Positions 1-11,393 of a DNA stretch of 64,000 nucleotides are shown here, in pieces; positions within the stretch are counted from its first letter, which is position 1, and the number at the start of each line of letters is the position of its first letter. This DNA is from Macrostomum lignano (taxonomy: Eukaryota). Position numbers and translations under genes: made by a program. The stretch spans positions 1 to 64,000 of the forward strand of contig NIVC01001705.1 in the NCBI GenBank assembly GCA_002269645.1, read 5' to 3'. Under the pieces are notes generated by a model. The model saw only the letters and a program-made list of their open reading frames with translations, did no database searches and had not been told where the DNA came from.

Positions 1-42
1 CGAAAAAGCGTTGATCGTGACTTTTTACTCTTAGTCTTTTTA

Positions 43-61
43 TCTCTCTCTCTCTCTCTCT

Positions 62-102
<41 letters not shown>
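43..102. repeat. (CT)n microsatellite
   Basis: Direct reading. Confidence 0.95.
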
Positions 103-104
<2 letters not shown>

Positions 105-124
105 GTGCAGCCGACAGCTCAGCC

Positions 125-320
125 GCAGCTATTGCGCGCACTAAGAAAGGTCGGGGGTTCGATTCTTGACCCACTCGGAACAATTGAGTCCTTGAGCGAA
201 ACACTTAACTCTGCATTGCTTCAGTTCAACCAGCTGTAAAATGGGTGCCAGCATTAGCTGGGGGGTAATTGAGGGTGTGGCGACCCCCAGTCCTTGGACT
301 GAACAGCCGTACGCAGCCTT
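125..320 (+). mobile_element. tRNA-derived SINE with CORE (MIR-like) domain
   Basis: B-box-like GGTTCGATTC at ~156-165. The segment GTCCTTGAGCGAAACACTTAACTCTGCATTGCTTCAGTTCAACCAGCTGTAAAATGGG resembles the MIR CORE as I recall it. Related copies lie at ~10751-10910 and ~36455-36650. Confidence 0.6.
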
Positions 321-737
321 CAGATGCGCGCGCAATAGCTGCGGCTGAGCTGTCGTTGCACATCTGGCCCAATCAGGACGGTGTAATCAATTATTGTTAT
401 TATTATCATTAAGTGCGTCAGTAGTGTTACTATTAGTACCATACCAGTTTTGTTGCGCAAACAGTCCAATTTTAAAATAACAGTTTTCAAAAAACGGTAA
501 TTGAACAATTTCTAAAACGGGTCGCTTACGGGTCACGCAGAGTTGCTTCAAGAAAGTGCGTCCGATTGCTCCACGCGATAACGGTCGAGGCTCCGGTTGG
601 TCCTGACGTTTTATTATAGATTATTTTATGATTAAATAGTATAGATTTTTAAGCTAGTACGCCAGACAGTACATGCACAAATTTTAATTTACCTATCAGT
701 TTCACCGTGAGCAGTTTGGAAAATTTGCTGGTAGCCT

Positions 738-3700
738 CATCAACACCGACCTTGCTGCGACTGGGGCAGTGCACTCACTGCCTCTAGAAGGATGCTTATC
801 GGCTGCGGCGAAGCTAAAAATTTCCACCTGCAGTTCCTGGGAGCGGGAGCTTCATCAGGCAGATGGAGCAGTATGGGGTCGGGTTGGTTGATCCACTGGT
901 CGGCCTGGACTAGCTGAGGCGAGCTCGAGCAGCGCAAGGAATGCACGGACACCTGCGCTGCGGAGCTGGAGGCGGGGGTTGGGCTGAGTTGGAGACCGAT
1001 AATTCAAAGAGACCGACACTTCAGATAGACCGACACTTCAGATAGACCGACACTTCAGAGAGACCGACACTTCAGACAGACCGACACTTCAGACAGACCG
1101 ATACTTCAGACGACAGACCGACACTTCAGATAGACCGACACTTCAGAGAGACCGACACTTTAGAGAGACCGACACTTCAAAGAAACCGACACTTCAAAGA
1201 GACCGACACTTCAAAGAAACCGACACTTCAAAGAGACCGACACTTCAAAGAGACCGAAACTTTAGATAGACCGACACTTCAAAGAGACCGACACTTCAGA
1301 GAGACCGACACTTCAGATAGACTGACACTTAGACCGACACTTCAGACACCGACACTTCAGAGAGACCGAAACTTTAGAGATACCGACACTTCAAAGAGAC
1401 CGACACTTCAGAGAGACCGACACTTTAGAGAGACCGACATTTCAGACAGACCGACATTTCAGAAAGACCGATACTTCAAAGAGACCGAAACTTTAGAGAC
1501 ACCGACACTTCAAAGAGACCGACACTTCAGAGAGACCGACACTTCAGAGAGACCGACACTTCAGAGAGACCGACACTTCAGACAGACCGACACTTCAGAT
1601 AGACCGACACTTCAGACAGACCGATACTTCAGACGACAGACCGACACTTCAGATAGACCGACACTTCAGAGAGACCGACACTTTAGAGAGACCGACACTT
1701 CAAAGAAACCGACACTTCAAAGAGACCGACACTTCAGAGAGACCGACACTTAAAAAGACCGACACTTCAAAGAGACCGACACTTCAAAGAGACCGAAACT
1801 TTAGATAGACCGACACTTCAAAGAGACCGACACTTCAGAGAGACCGACACTTCAGATAGACTGACACTTAGACCGACACTTCAGACACCGACACTTCAGA
1901 GAGACCGAAACTTTAGAGACACCGACACTTCAAAGAGACCGACACTTCAGAGAGACCGACACTTTAGAGAGACCGACATTTCAGACAGACCGACATTTCA
2001 GAAAGACCGATACTTCAAAGAGACCGAAACTTTAGAGACACCGACACTTCAAAGAGACCGACACTTCAGAGAGACCGACACTTCAGAGAGACCGACACTT
2101 CAGAGAGACCGACACTTTAGAGAGACCGACACTTCAGAGAGATCGACATATCAGACAGACCGACATTTCAGAAAGATCGATACTTCAAAGAGACCGAAAC
2201 TTTAGATAGACCGACACTTCAGATAGACCGACACTTCAGATAGACCGACACTTCAGATAGACCGACACTTCAGACAGACCGACATCTTAAAACGACTGAT
2301 AATTTAAAGGCTGTAAATTTTACAGAGCCTATTGTCGCAGCTCCTTATCACTCCTGTTAGTTATAAAAGATCGAAAAATGAGTACCAATGCAAGGACGAA
2401 TTGAGTGTAAAGACTGAACACCCATTCATTCGGGAACTTCTGCAGGCCCCCTTGCGATAAGTTATACGACATACTCGTATACATACTCGTATACATACTC
2501 GTAAAAGCAGCGGGCTGTGTGCACCCTGGCGCACTTCAAGCGACATTGTCACACAACCGGCGAGAGGCATTGCTGCCCATTCCGCCGACTCCCCTGAGCA
2601 ACCGCGCGGATCGTACGCAGTCATACGCACAGGCACACACTCACACAGGAGTGTAAAGCGGCCCTAACTTTATTTATCGTTAGGCATGTACACTTCACTG
2701 TGCCTTGGGGGTTGGCCCAAAGCCGAGATTCCAATTTAGCCCCAAAATCAATGTGACTGCACTTGGAATCGAGCCTGGGCCGCTAATACATAAGACCACC
2801 TTTCCGTTACACAAACAAAAGAGCAAGAAGCAGTCAAGCAAGCAAAATAGGCAAAAGTCACATTTTAGTAAAGAAAAAAGAGAAGCTAATTTTGATTTGT
2901 TGCAGTCATGGATTTGGAAATATTCAATAAAACTCGTATGAAAATAAATAAATAATCAATTATGGCTCTTTCACGCAGCAAAATAGGCAATTTGTTGATA
3001 AAAAGCTTGCGAAAATCCCCTATTAAATATTGGTGACCCTTACTTAATTGGCTCTTGGGCCAAAGCCTATCTGAGACAGATTACTGACGCAGTAAACTCA
3101 AATGGATTTACCTTTTATACTCGCCAACCAGCAGCACAGAGCACAGGAGCAGCTTCAGCTTGAGCATTTTGAGATATAAGAGCTTTCTATCCGATAATTT
3201 TCGCAAGCCCAAGGCATTGCGTGCAGTTAACAAGTTTTTGTGGGCTTTATATAAACACGAGCCGTTAGTTTCCGGGGGAAAGCCGTGAATAAAAATAGCC
3301 TACTTGGTACCAACGCAACTACAACGCGCAGTGTGTGGAATGCTAAAAATAGCGCCATATTAAACGGCGTCACAAGCAAGGTACACACAATATTCCTTGA
3401 CTGCAATTTAGTAACTACGCGCATTTCATTTGACTGGTAAAAAAGATTTTGCTTAGGCAAAAAGCTCAGAGCCTTCGGTGTGCAATGCTTTTCAAACAAA
3501 AGACTAAGACAGCAAGCAGCGCCAGGATCACCAGGGCGAACTACAAGGCGGTGAGACGCTCAACCGGCCGTTCCTGTCCCCGCCGAAGACAATCGCAGCA
3601 GCGACTTGCCAGGAGCTCCAACTGGCACTGGTTGGCCGTGGCCGCGGCGCCGCTGTCAGCGCAGATCCCGAGGCTGCCGGTGGCGGGCTCAGAAGGGAAT

Positions 3701-6700
3701 CCGAGCAGAGTCGGTTGAGCGTCCCCAGAACAGGCGGTGGTGTTCAACGGCTTGGACAAGTTGAAGGACTGCATGGCAAGACAGTGGCCGGAACCGCTGA
3801 TGATGAGCCTGTGCAGTGGCAGTGGAAGTCGGTGGTTCCATTCACATTCTTAAATCTCCAACTCTACCGATGAGAACGCGTTGCCTAGTCGTCAAAAAGT
3901 GTGACCCTGAAACGGCCCATTGCGCTGATTCTTGAGCCCACGCACTCACAAGAATGCGTAAGCAGGCACGCGCTCACACAGCATGTACACTCTCTGGGCC
4001 TGGTGGGTTGGCCCTCGTGGAGCAAAACGTTTTCATCGGGTCTAATCTCTATATTTCCATCGTGTCGAAGGTTAATTTGATACGCTAGGTCACGTGACAG
4101 CTAACAAGCGGAAATTCCGCGGCGCCAACGACCCATGATGTGTACTGACTCGGGCACCCACCCCAGCCGCAAGCCCCCTCCCCCAGAGGTTCCCTATCGA
4201 GCGATAACTCAGCCAGCTCCAAAGCCCCCAGACCTGTCAGCTGGCAAAGTGGCAGCCCCGCATGAGCAGCCGCCGTTGGCAAGCCGGCGCCAGTACACCA
4301 GCTGGTGCTCGCCCGCCTCGGTGGCGCAGTCGCAGCGGGCCATGCCGAGTCGGAGTGGCCCCTCCGTCAGTCTGGCCTCGTCTGGCTCCAGGCCGCCTGA
4401 CTGCTTGAGCTCGAAATCTGCTCGGGGAAAGCCAAGAAGCCACTTTACATGAGACTGACATGCTCAAAGTTAAGTTTTAAGTTCACCTAATGATTTCTCG
4501 CAAGCTCACTCCATGATCTCTGAGCAAGCTCACTCCATGATCTCTGAGCAAGCTCACTCCATGATCTCTGAGCAAGCTCACTCCATGAACTCTGAGCAAG
4601 CTCACTCCATGAACTCTGAGCAAGCTCACTCCATGATCCCACAGCAAGCTCACTCCATGAACTCTGAGCAAGCTCACTCCATGATCCCACAGCAAGCTCA
4701 CTCCATGAACTCTGAGCAAGCTCACTCCATGATCTCACAGCAAGCTCACACCATGATCTCACAGCAAGCTCACTCCATGATCTCACAGCAACCTCACACC
4801 ATGATCTCACAGCAAGCTCACACCATGATCTCACAGCAACCTCACTCCATGATCTCACAGCAAGCTCACTCCATGATCTCACAGCAACCTCACACCATGA
4901 TCTCACAGCAAGCTCACACCATGATCTCACAGCAAGCTCACTCCATGATCTCACAGCAAGCTCACACCATGATCCCACAGCAACCTCACACCATGATCTC
5001 ACAGCAAGCTCACACCATGATCTCACAGCAAGCTCACACCATGATCTCACAGCAACCTCACACCATGATCTCACAGCAAGCTCACACCATGATCTCACAG
5101 CAACCTCACACCATGATCTCACAGCAACCTCACACCATGATCTCACAGCAAGCTCACACCATGATCTCACAGCAACCTCACACCATGATCTCACAGCAAG
5201 CTCACACCATGATCCCACAGCAAGCTCACACCATGATCTCACAGCAAGCTCACACCATGATCTCACAGCAAGCTCACACCATGATCTCACAGCAACCTCA
5301 CACCATGATCTCACAGCAAGCTCACACCATGATCTCACAGCAAGCTCACACCATGATCTCACAGCAGGCTCACTCCATGATCTCACAGCAAGCTCACACT
5401 ATGATCTCACAGCAAGCTCACACCATGATCTCACAGCAACCTCACTCCATGATCTCACATCAAGCTCACTCCATGATCCCACACGAACCTCACACCATGA
5501 TCTCACAGCAAGCTCACACCATGATCTCACAGCAACCTCACACCATGATCCCACAGCAAGCTCACACCATGATCTCACAGCAACCTCACTCCATGATCTC
5601 ACAGCAAGCTCACTCCATGATCTCACAGCAAGCTCACACCATGATCTCACAGCAGGCTCACTCCATGATCTCACAGCAACCTCACTCCATGATCTCACAG
5701 CAAGCTCACTCCATGATCTCACAGCAAGCTCACACCATGATCTCACAGCAGGCTCACTCCATGATCTCACAGCAAGCTCACACCTCTATTTAACAGAGCC
5801 TGCACTCACATGAGGCCAAGACGTGACGCGACTGGTGACTCGCACAGCCAGGCAGCGGTCATCCAGCAGGATGAGACCGCGGCTGCAGAAGCCCGCCTTC
5901 GCGTGCGAGATGCGCAGAAAGAATCGGTGGGCCAGGCTGCCGAGGGCTTTGCTGTTCAACTGCAGGCTGACGTCCACGTAGTCGGAGCTGGTGAGGATCG
6001 GATGCGGTAGTGCTGTGCAGGCCGAATCCAGAAACTACCTCAGGCCTCATGGATAATCAAAGGCTATCCCGCCTTGCCTAACCGCACAAAAATCCGTCTT
6101 TTTCGGTGTAATCCATGTACATACAAGCATTGTAGAGTACATTTAAACCATACTCAATCACGCTTTGTTGAACCACCAACGTTAGCTTAAAACTATAGCA
6201 GCTTAAAAGATGTAGATGTACGGCTCGTAGATGAGCTTGTATTGTACTAATGTGTACCCTCTTAATGCAAATTGGAATGAAAATTCATTTCAGCACTTAC
6301 AACATCGAATTATGGGCAAGTGGCCCAGGCTCGATTCCAATTAATGCCCAGCTTGAGGGCCAACCCCCCCCCCAAGGCACAGTGAAGTGTACATGCCTAC
6401 GATAAATAAAGTCAGGGCCGCTGTACACTCCTGTATCCGCGCGCTTGTGTGACTGCTCAGGGGAGTCGCCGGAATGGGCAGCAATGCCTCTCGCCGGTTG
6501 TGCGACAATGTCGCTTGAAGTGCGCCAGGGTGCACACAACCCCTTTGCCTTTAACAAAGATTCTTCCCAGATTTTCAAAAGACAGCTCGGCAGTGCAAGC
6601 ATGTACTCACTCATTGTGCAGCTGAAACAGTTGGAAGTGCAGCCTCTCATCCCACTGGTAATGCCTCGTGCACAGGCCTACATAAATGATAAACTCACGT

Positions 6701-9500
6701 ATAAAAATCAACCCAGAAAATTTTGGAAAGCCGAAACCCTGTCATCCTACCGTGCTGGGTGGTGTTCAAAATCTGCACAAACGCGCTGCTGTTGCGGTCC
6801 ATCGTGCTCATCCTCTGTCGCCACATCTCCGTGACGAACAGCTCCAGAGCCAGGTGGGCCGGCTGGCGCTGCGCTTTGAAGCCAACCTGCCACTGGCAGT
6901 TGCGAACGGTCTCGGCCAGTTGTTTCTCGCCCCGGGCGTAGGTGCACAAATTGTTGTTGCTCTGCTGCGGCTGCTGCTGGTCCGAGTCAATCTTCACTTG
7001 GATGGTTGAGCAGTACAAGTTGTCCGCCGAGCAGCTGGGCGAGTTTAGATAAATGGCCAATACAGCAGGTGTCAGGCTTTAGCACCAAGGGGCGCCAGCA
7101 CCAAGGGGCGCCAGCACCAAGGGGCGCCAGCACCAAGGGGCGCCAGCACCAAGGGGCGCCAGCACCAAGGGGCGCCAGCACCAAGGGGCGCCAGCACCAA
7201 GGGGCGCCAGCACCAAGGGGCGCCAGCACCAAGGGGCGCCAGCACCAAGGGGCGCCAGCACCAAGGGGCGCCAGCACCAAGGGGCGCCAGCACCAAGGGG
7301 CGCCAGCACCAAGGGGCGCCAGCACCAAGGGGCGCCAGCACCAAGGGGCGCCAGCACCAAGGGGCGCCAGCACCAAGGGGCGCCAGCACCAAGGGGCGCC
7401 AGCACCAAGGGGCGCCAGCACCAAGGGGCGCCAGCACCAAGGGGCGCCAGCACCAAGGGGCGCCAGCACTAAGGGGCGCCAGCACCAAGGGGCGCCAGCA
7501 CCAAGGGGCGCCAGCACCAAGGGGCGCCAGCACCAAGGGGCGCCAGCACCAAGGGGCGCCAGCACCAAGGGGCGCCAGCACCAAGGGGCGCCAGCACCAA
7601 GGGGCGCCAGCACCAAGGGGCGCCAGCACCAAGGGGCGCCAGCACCAAGGGGCGCCAGCACCAAGGGGCGCCAGCACCAAGGGGCGCCAGCACCAAGGGG
7701 CGCCAGCACCAAGGGGCGCCAGCACCAAGGGGCGCCAGCACCAAGGGGCGCCAGCACCAAGGGGCGCCAGCACCAAGGGGCGCCAGCACCAAGGGGCGCC
7801 AGCACCAAGGGGCGCCAGCACCAAGGGGCGCCAGCACCAAGGGGCGCCAGCACCAAGGGGCGCCAGCACCAAGGGGCGCCAGCACCAAGGGGCGCCAGCA
7901 CCAAGGGGCGCCAGCACCAAGGGGCGCCAGCACCAAGGGGCGCCAGCACCAAGGGGCTTTAGTTAGCACCAAGGGGCTTTTGCACCAAGGGGCTTTTGCA
8001 CCAAGGGGCGCCAGCACCAAGGGGCTTTAGTTAGCACCAAGGGGCTTTAGTTAGCACCAAGGGGCTTTTGCACCAAGGGGCTTTAGTTAGCACCAAGGGG
8101 CTTTAGTTAGCACCAAGGGGCTTTAGTTAGCACCAAGGGGCTTTAGTTAGCACCAAGGGGCTTTTGCACCAAGGGCTTTAGTTAGCACCAAGGGGCTTTA
8201 GTTAGCACCAAGGGGCTTTAGTTAGCACCAAGGGGCTTTTGCACCAAGGGGCTTTAGTTAGCACCAAGGGGCTTTAGTTAGCACCAAGGGGCTTTAGTTA
8301 GCACCAAGGGGCTTTTGCACCAAGGGGCTTTAGTTAGCACCAAGGGGCTTTAGTTAGCACCAAGGGGCTTTTGCACCAAGGGGCTTTAGTTAGCACCAAG
8401 GGGCTTTAGCACTTAATCTCCTAATCGCTGCCTCTGCCTAATCTTAGGCCTAGTCATCTGGAAGGTGCTCTTTCAACATCAGATCGCAACCACAGAACTG
8501 TGTTCATATCTTGGTAGCTATGTTGCGAATTCTCTGTGCAGTCAGATAAAATGCGCTGAATGCAAACACCGCCTGGTGACTGATGGGTACTTAGAATTCG
8601 CAATCGAAGAGGAGGGCAAGCGCCGACGATTTTGAGTTGATCCAAATGCGAGATCGTGGTGGTCTGAGGTGTCCAAGTAGCTTTGGTTTTCTTCTGATGA
8701 GGGTATTCTACTTTGTGTTCAGCCACTTGCGAGATAATAGCCTTCTATCATTTGATCTTCTGTACTCAGGACGGGATATTGACAATATAGTTGAACTTTG
8801 CCAAGACTGCATTGCCAAGTCAAAGGACTACTGTGACCTTCTCAGTCAGAAATATACATTTAGAAAGCTTATTACGTTTATTCTTTCAGGCCGTGTTATG
8901 ATTCTAGCAGTGCGCATCTACATGAAGAATCTAGTTAATATAGGGAACGATAATTTGTCTTTCCGAAGGGTTTCGAACTGTTACAAGGCAATTGATTACA
9001 TCAAGCTAATAAATAACATAGTTCTCAGCCTTCTAAATACGTTTATTTGTGGACTACACTAGCTTGAGTAACTAGTTTCTCATAGGAAAACATAGGCAGA
9101 ATGAGTGGTTTGAGGGAGGCCTTGAGACTAACCTTGTACACCCCCCTAGCCCAGTGTCGCTTCCTGGGGAGCGCAGCGAGCCAATAGGATTCCCTGCTAC
9201 AGTAAACGAATATGCCGCATCTACACGCTAAGCTAAGTCAATATTCAGATTCTTAGCTGTTGTTTGGGTCGTTTCGTCCGATTTTTGGCCAGGGTGAGGC
9301 CGCCCCCGTCAATTACGGGTAGCTTAGACTTATAGAACTGACTCTCAAACAAAAAGCAATGCTTCAATAATTCACCTGAATAATTGTCACAAGCTATTGA
9401 TATCTAAATAGGTTTTTAATTCTAATTCTAAGGTTACTGGTGTACAACAATACAAGGCAGTAGAGACTTACCGGATGCCCAGCAGCAGCAGCAGAGCTGC
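738..9500 (-). CDS. Putative multi-exon secreted, Cys-rich protein with a CUB-like segment (model incomplete)
   Basis: Candidate exons ~9471-9500, ~7076-6752, ~6018-5809, ~4440-4237, ~3845-3541 and ~952-740. Phase-compatible junctions: TTQH G|gtagga ... ag|CA LPHPILTSSDYVDVSL, and SWPH|gtgagt ... ag|WLLGFPR. NCQWQV...LELFVTEM...FVQI...PHPILTSSDYVDVSL...RFFLRIS follows CUB-like spacing. Start codon and 3' exons are unresolved. Confidence 0.45.
1008..2283. repeat. Minisatellite, ~17-bp unit GAGACCGACACTTCAGA
   Basis: Direct reading; intronic. Confidence 0.95.
2515..2790 (-). mobile_element. SINE family 2 copy
   Basis: Reverse complement of 6305-6542; B-box-like GGCTCGATTCC. Confidence 0.65.
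4494..5785. repeat. Minisatellite, 24-bp unit ATGATCTCACAGCAAGCTCACACC
   Basis: Direct reading; source of the spurious MISQQAHT and RSWCELAV ORFs. Confidence 0.95.
6305..6542 (+). mobile_element. SINE family 2 copy
   Basis: GGCTCGATTCC B-box-like head; body shared with 2515-2790 and 18195-18345. Confidence 0.65.
7081..8410. repeat. Minisatellite: 16-bp AGCACCAAGGGGCGCC, switching at ~7957 to AGCACCAAGGGGCTTTAGTT/-TTTGC variants
   Basis: Direct reading; the first block is almost perfectly homogeneous (one visible variant near 7471). Confidence 0.95.
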
Positions 9501-10214
9501 GTCCAGAATGAACGGAGTGTTCAATAATAGCAATTAACAGAAAAAAGGCCAGTTCAAATTATAAAACATACACGAGAGTTAAAATAAAACACAAATTTCT
9601 CATGCAATTTATTTACAAACACACTAAATGTAGATCCGTATATATTGCTTTTCCATGGAAATGCCATGGAACTTCCATGGAAAAAACTAGGAAACACTTA
9701 GTCAAAGTGTCAAACAGTCACAGAGAGAAAGAGAGAGAGATACTCGTACGTGCAAGTGGCATTTATGTTCATCATTTTAATATCTGAGAGAAATTATTAT
9801 CTAACATATTTCAAGTTGTGCTCGAAAAAGCTTTACAATGTAATTACCAGTACTGCCAGTAATTAATGGCCAGGCATGTACACTGCTGTACACTGTACAA
9901 AAATAGTTTCGTGCATTTTATTGTATATGCTGGCAGTCAATGCTCAGTCAGTCAGTTATAAATGTGCACCCAATGCTAATACCATTCCTTTATATACGAG
10001 CTACATAGAACTATAAATAAGGGCTAGCAGTCTTAGAGAAATTTTGCAATGAGTGAAGTTAGCTGCGATACATATCGGCCCAAAGTGGCCCTTAGTCAAC
10101 TGGGTGATCCTATTCTTATTGGGAATTCTATGCAAATCAGCCATCATGCTCATTTAAACTACTGAATAAAGAGTAGCTTGAATGAGCATTAATATCGAAA
10201 CATGAATGAGCTAT

Positions 10215-10586
10215 CTAGGGTTTTAGCGCCTGAGCCCCCGGGTCCGCAGTGGCTGCCAGCCGCCTGTAAAACTCGGCAGCAAAGGCCGGGTCCAGCTGCT
10301 CCAGCCGGCCAGCCAGCAGGTTCCTCATCTCCGCTGGCCAGTTGGCGAACCAATCCCGGAACAGGCGCAGCTGGCAGCGGAACAGGCTGGGCTGCTGCTG
10401 CTGGCCAGCGATGCTCAGGCGGCTGCACACGAGGAACAGGCCCTCGTCTGACTGGCACAGAGCTGACGGCGCCGCGGCCAGCACCAGGTCGGTGAGGAAC
10501 TCCGCCTTCTCAGCTGGTCCCCACTGGCTGAACCAGTGGCTGACGCAGGCCAGCTGCTCCCGCTGCTGCTGCTGTTCGCCACTCAT
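10215..10586 (-). CDS. C14orf119: C14orf119-like (DUF4508) protein, single exon, 123 aa
   Basis: CVSHWFSQW...EFLTDLV...PSLFRCQLRLFRDWFANW...LEQLDPAFAAEFY..LAAT matches my recollection of human C14orf119 (CILHWFANW...FLEDLV...PSIFECQLHLWDQWF...EPDFVAKFY). ATG at 10586. Confidence 0.8.
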   Translation of the reverse strand: MSGEQQQQREQLACVSHWFSQWGPAEKAEFLTDLVLAAAPSALCQSDEGLFLVCSRLSIAGQQQQPSLFRCQLRLFRDWFANWPAEMRNLLAGRLEQLDPAFAAEFYRRLAATADPGAQALKP

Positions 10587-10750
10587 TCCACGCCAAAATA
10601 GCAAAAGGCGCTAATTATGCTACTGAATTAATCGTGCGGGCAGTAGCTGAAACGGATATGGATGTATAAGTTTTAAAAGAAGTCCGAAAGTTGATTTAAT
10701 GAATAATTAATACTATTTGATAACAGCTGCGGGTCGCGTACACACGTACT

Positions 10751-10910
10751 CCCTCAATTACCCCAGCTAATGCTGGCACCCATTTTAAAGCTGGGTGAAC
10801 TGAAGCAATGCAGAGTTGAGTGTCTTGTTCAAGGACACAGATTTTTGCGACTGGGTTGAGAATCGAACCCCCGATCTTTCAGTCGTGAGTCCGACGATCT
10901 AGACTACACC
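10751..10910 (-). mobile_element. CORE-type SINE copy
   Basis: Reverse complement of the 125-320 element. Confidence 0.6.
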
Positions 10911-11393
10911 CCCCAATGGCACAACGCCCTAGGTGACATTGTCCAACAACCAGCGCTGAGGCAATTCTGTCCAAAATTTTCATGCACAAAAATTCAAATG
11001 AGACACACTGAAAAAATAGCTGTAACTGTTAGCAGAGCTAGCTTTTCAAGCACTACGCGAAACACACAAACACCAATAATTAAAGCATGGACTGAACAGC
11101 AGTAGCAATTTAAGCGATTTATTAATATTTTTTGCAAAAATGACACTAAAAAAACAATTTCATTTTTTAAGCTTATTACAAACGCTTTTAGAGAGAAAAG
11201 TTAAACATGTAATTAATCTCCAAAATCAAAGGCACTAGCTGAGTCTTTGTTTCTCTAGAATATCTAGATATCTAGAATGAGCCGATATGTAGCGTAGATC
11301 ACTTTTCTCAGCATAGAAATCTAAAGGTGGAGCAGAACAGAATGGAATAATCATTGGAATAGAACTGACAAACAGATGCAATACTTTTTAATT

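Noticed and set aside
3005-3210. Short inverted repeat GCTTGCGAAAAT...ATTTTCGCAAGC
   Set aside because: No TSD and no second copy in the window.
4487-5793. 299-426 aa ORFs (RSWCELAV / MISQQAHT repeats)
   Set aside because: Translations of a 24-bp intronic minisatellite; open only because the unit lacks stops.
6987-8020. ORFs of ~320 aa on both strands
   Set aside because: 16-bp tandem repeat, intronic.
8420-9200. Possible decayed transposase or hidden exon (ORFs 8454-8726, 8637-9062)
   Set aside because: No recognisable motif, TIR or consistent splice phase found.
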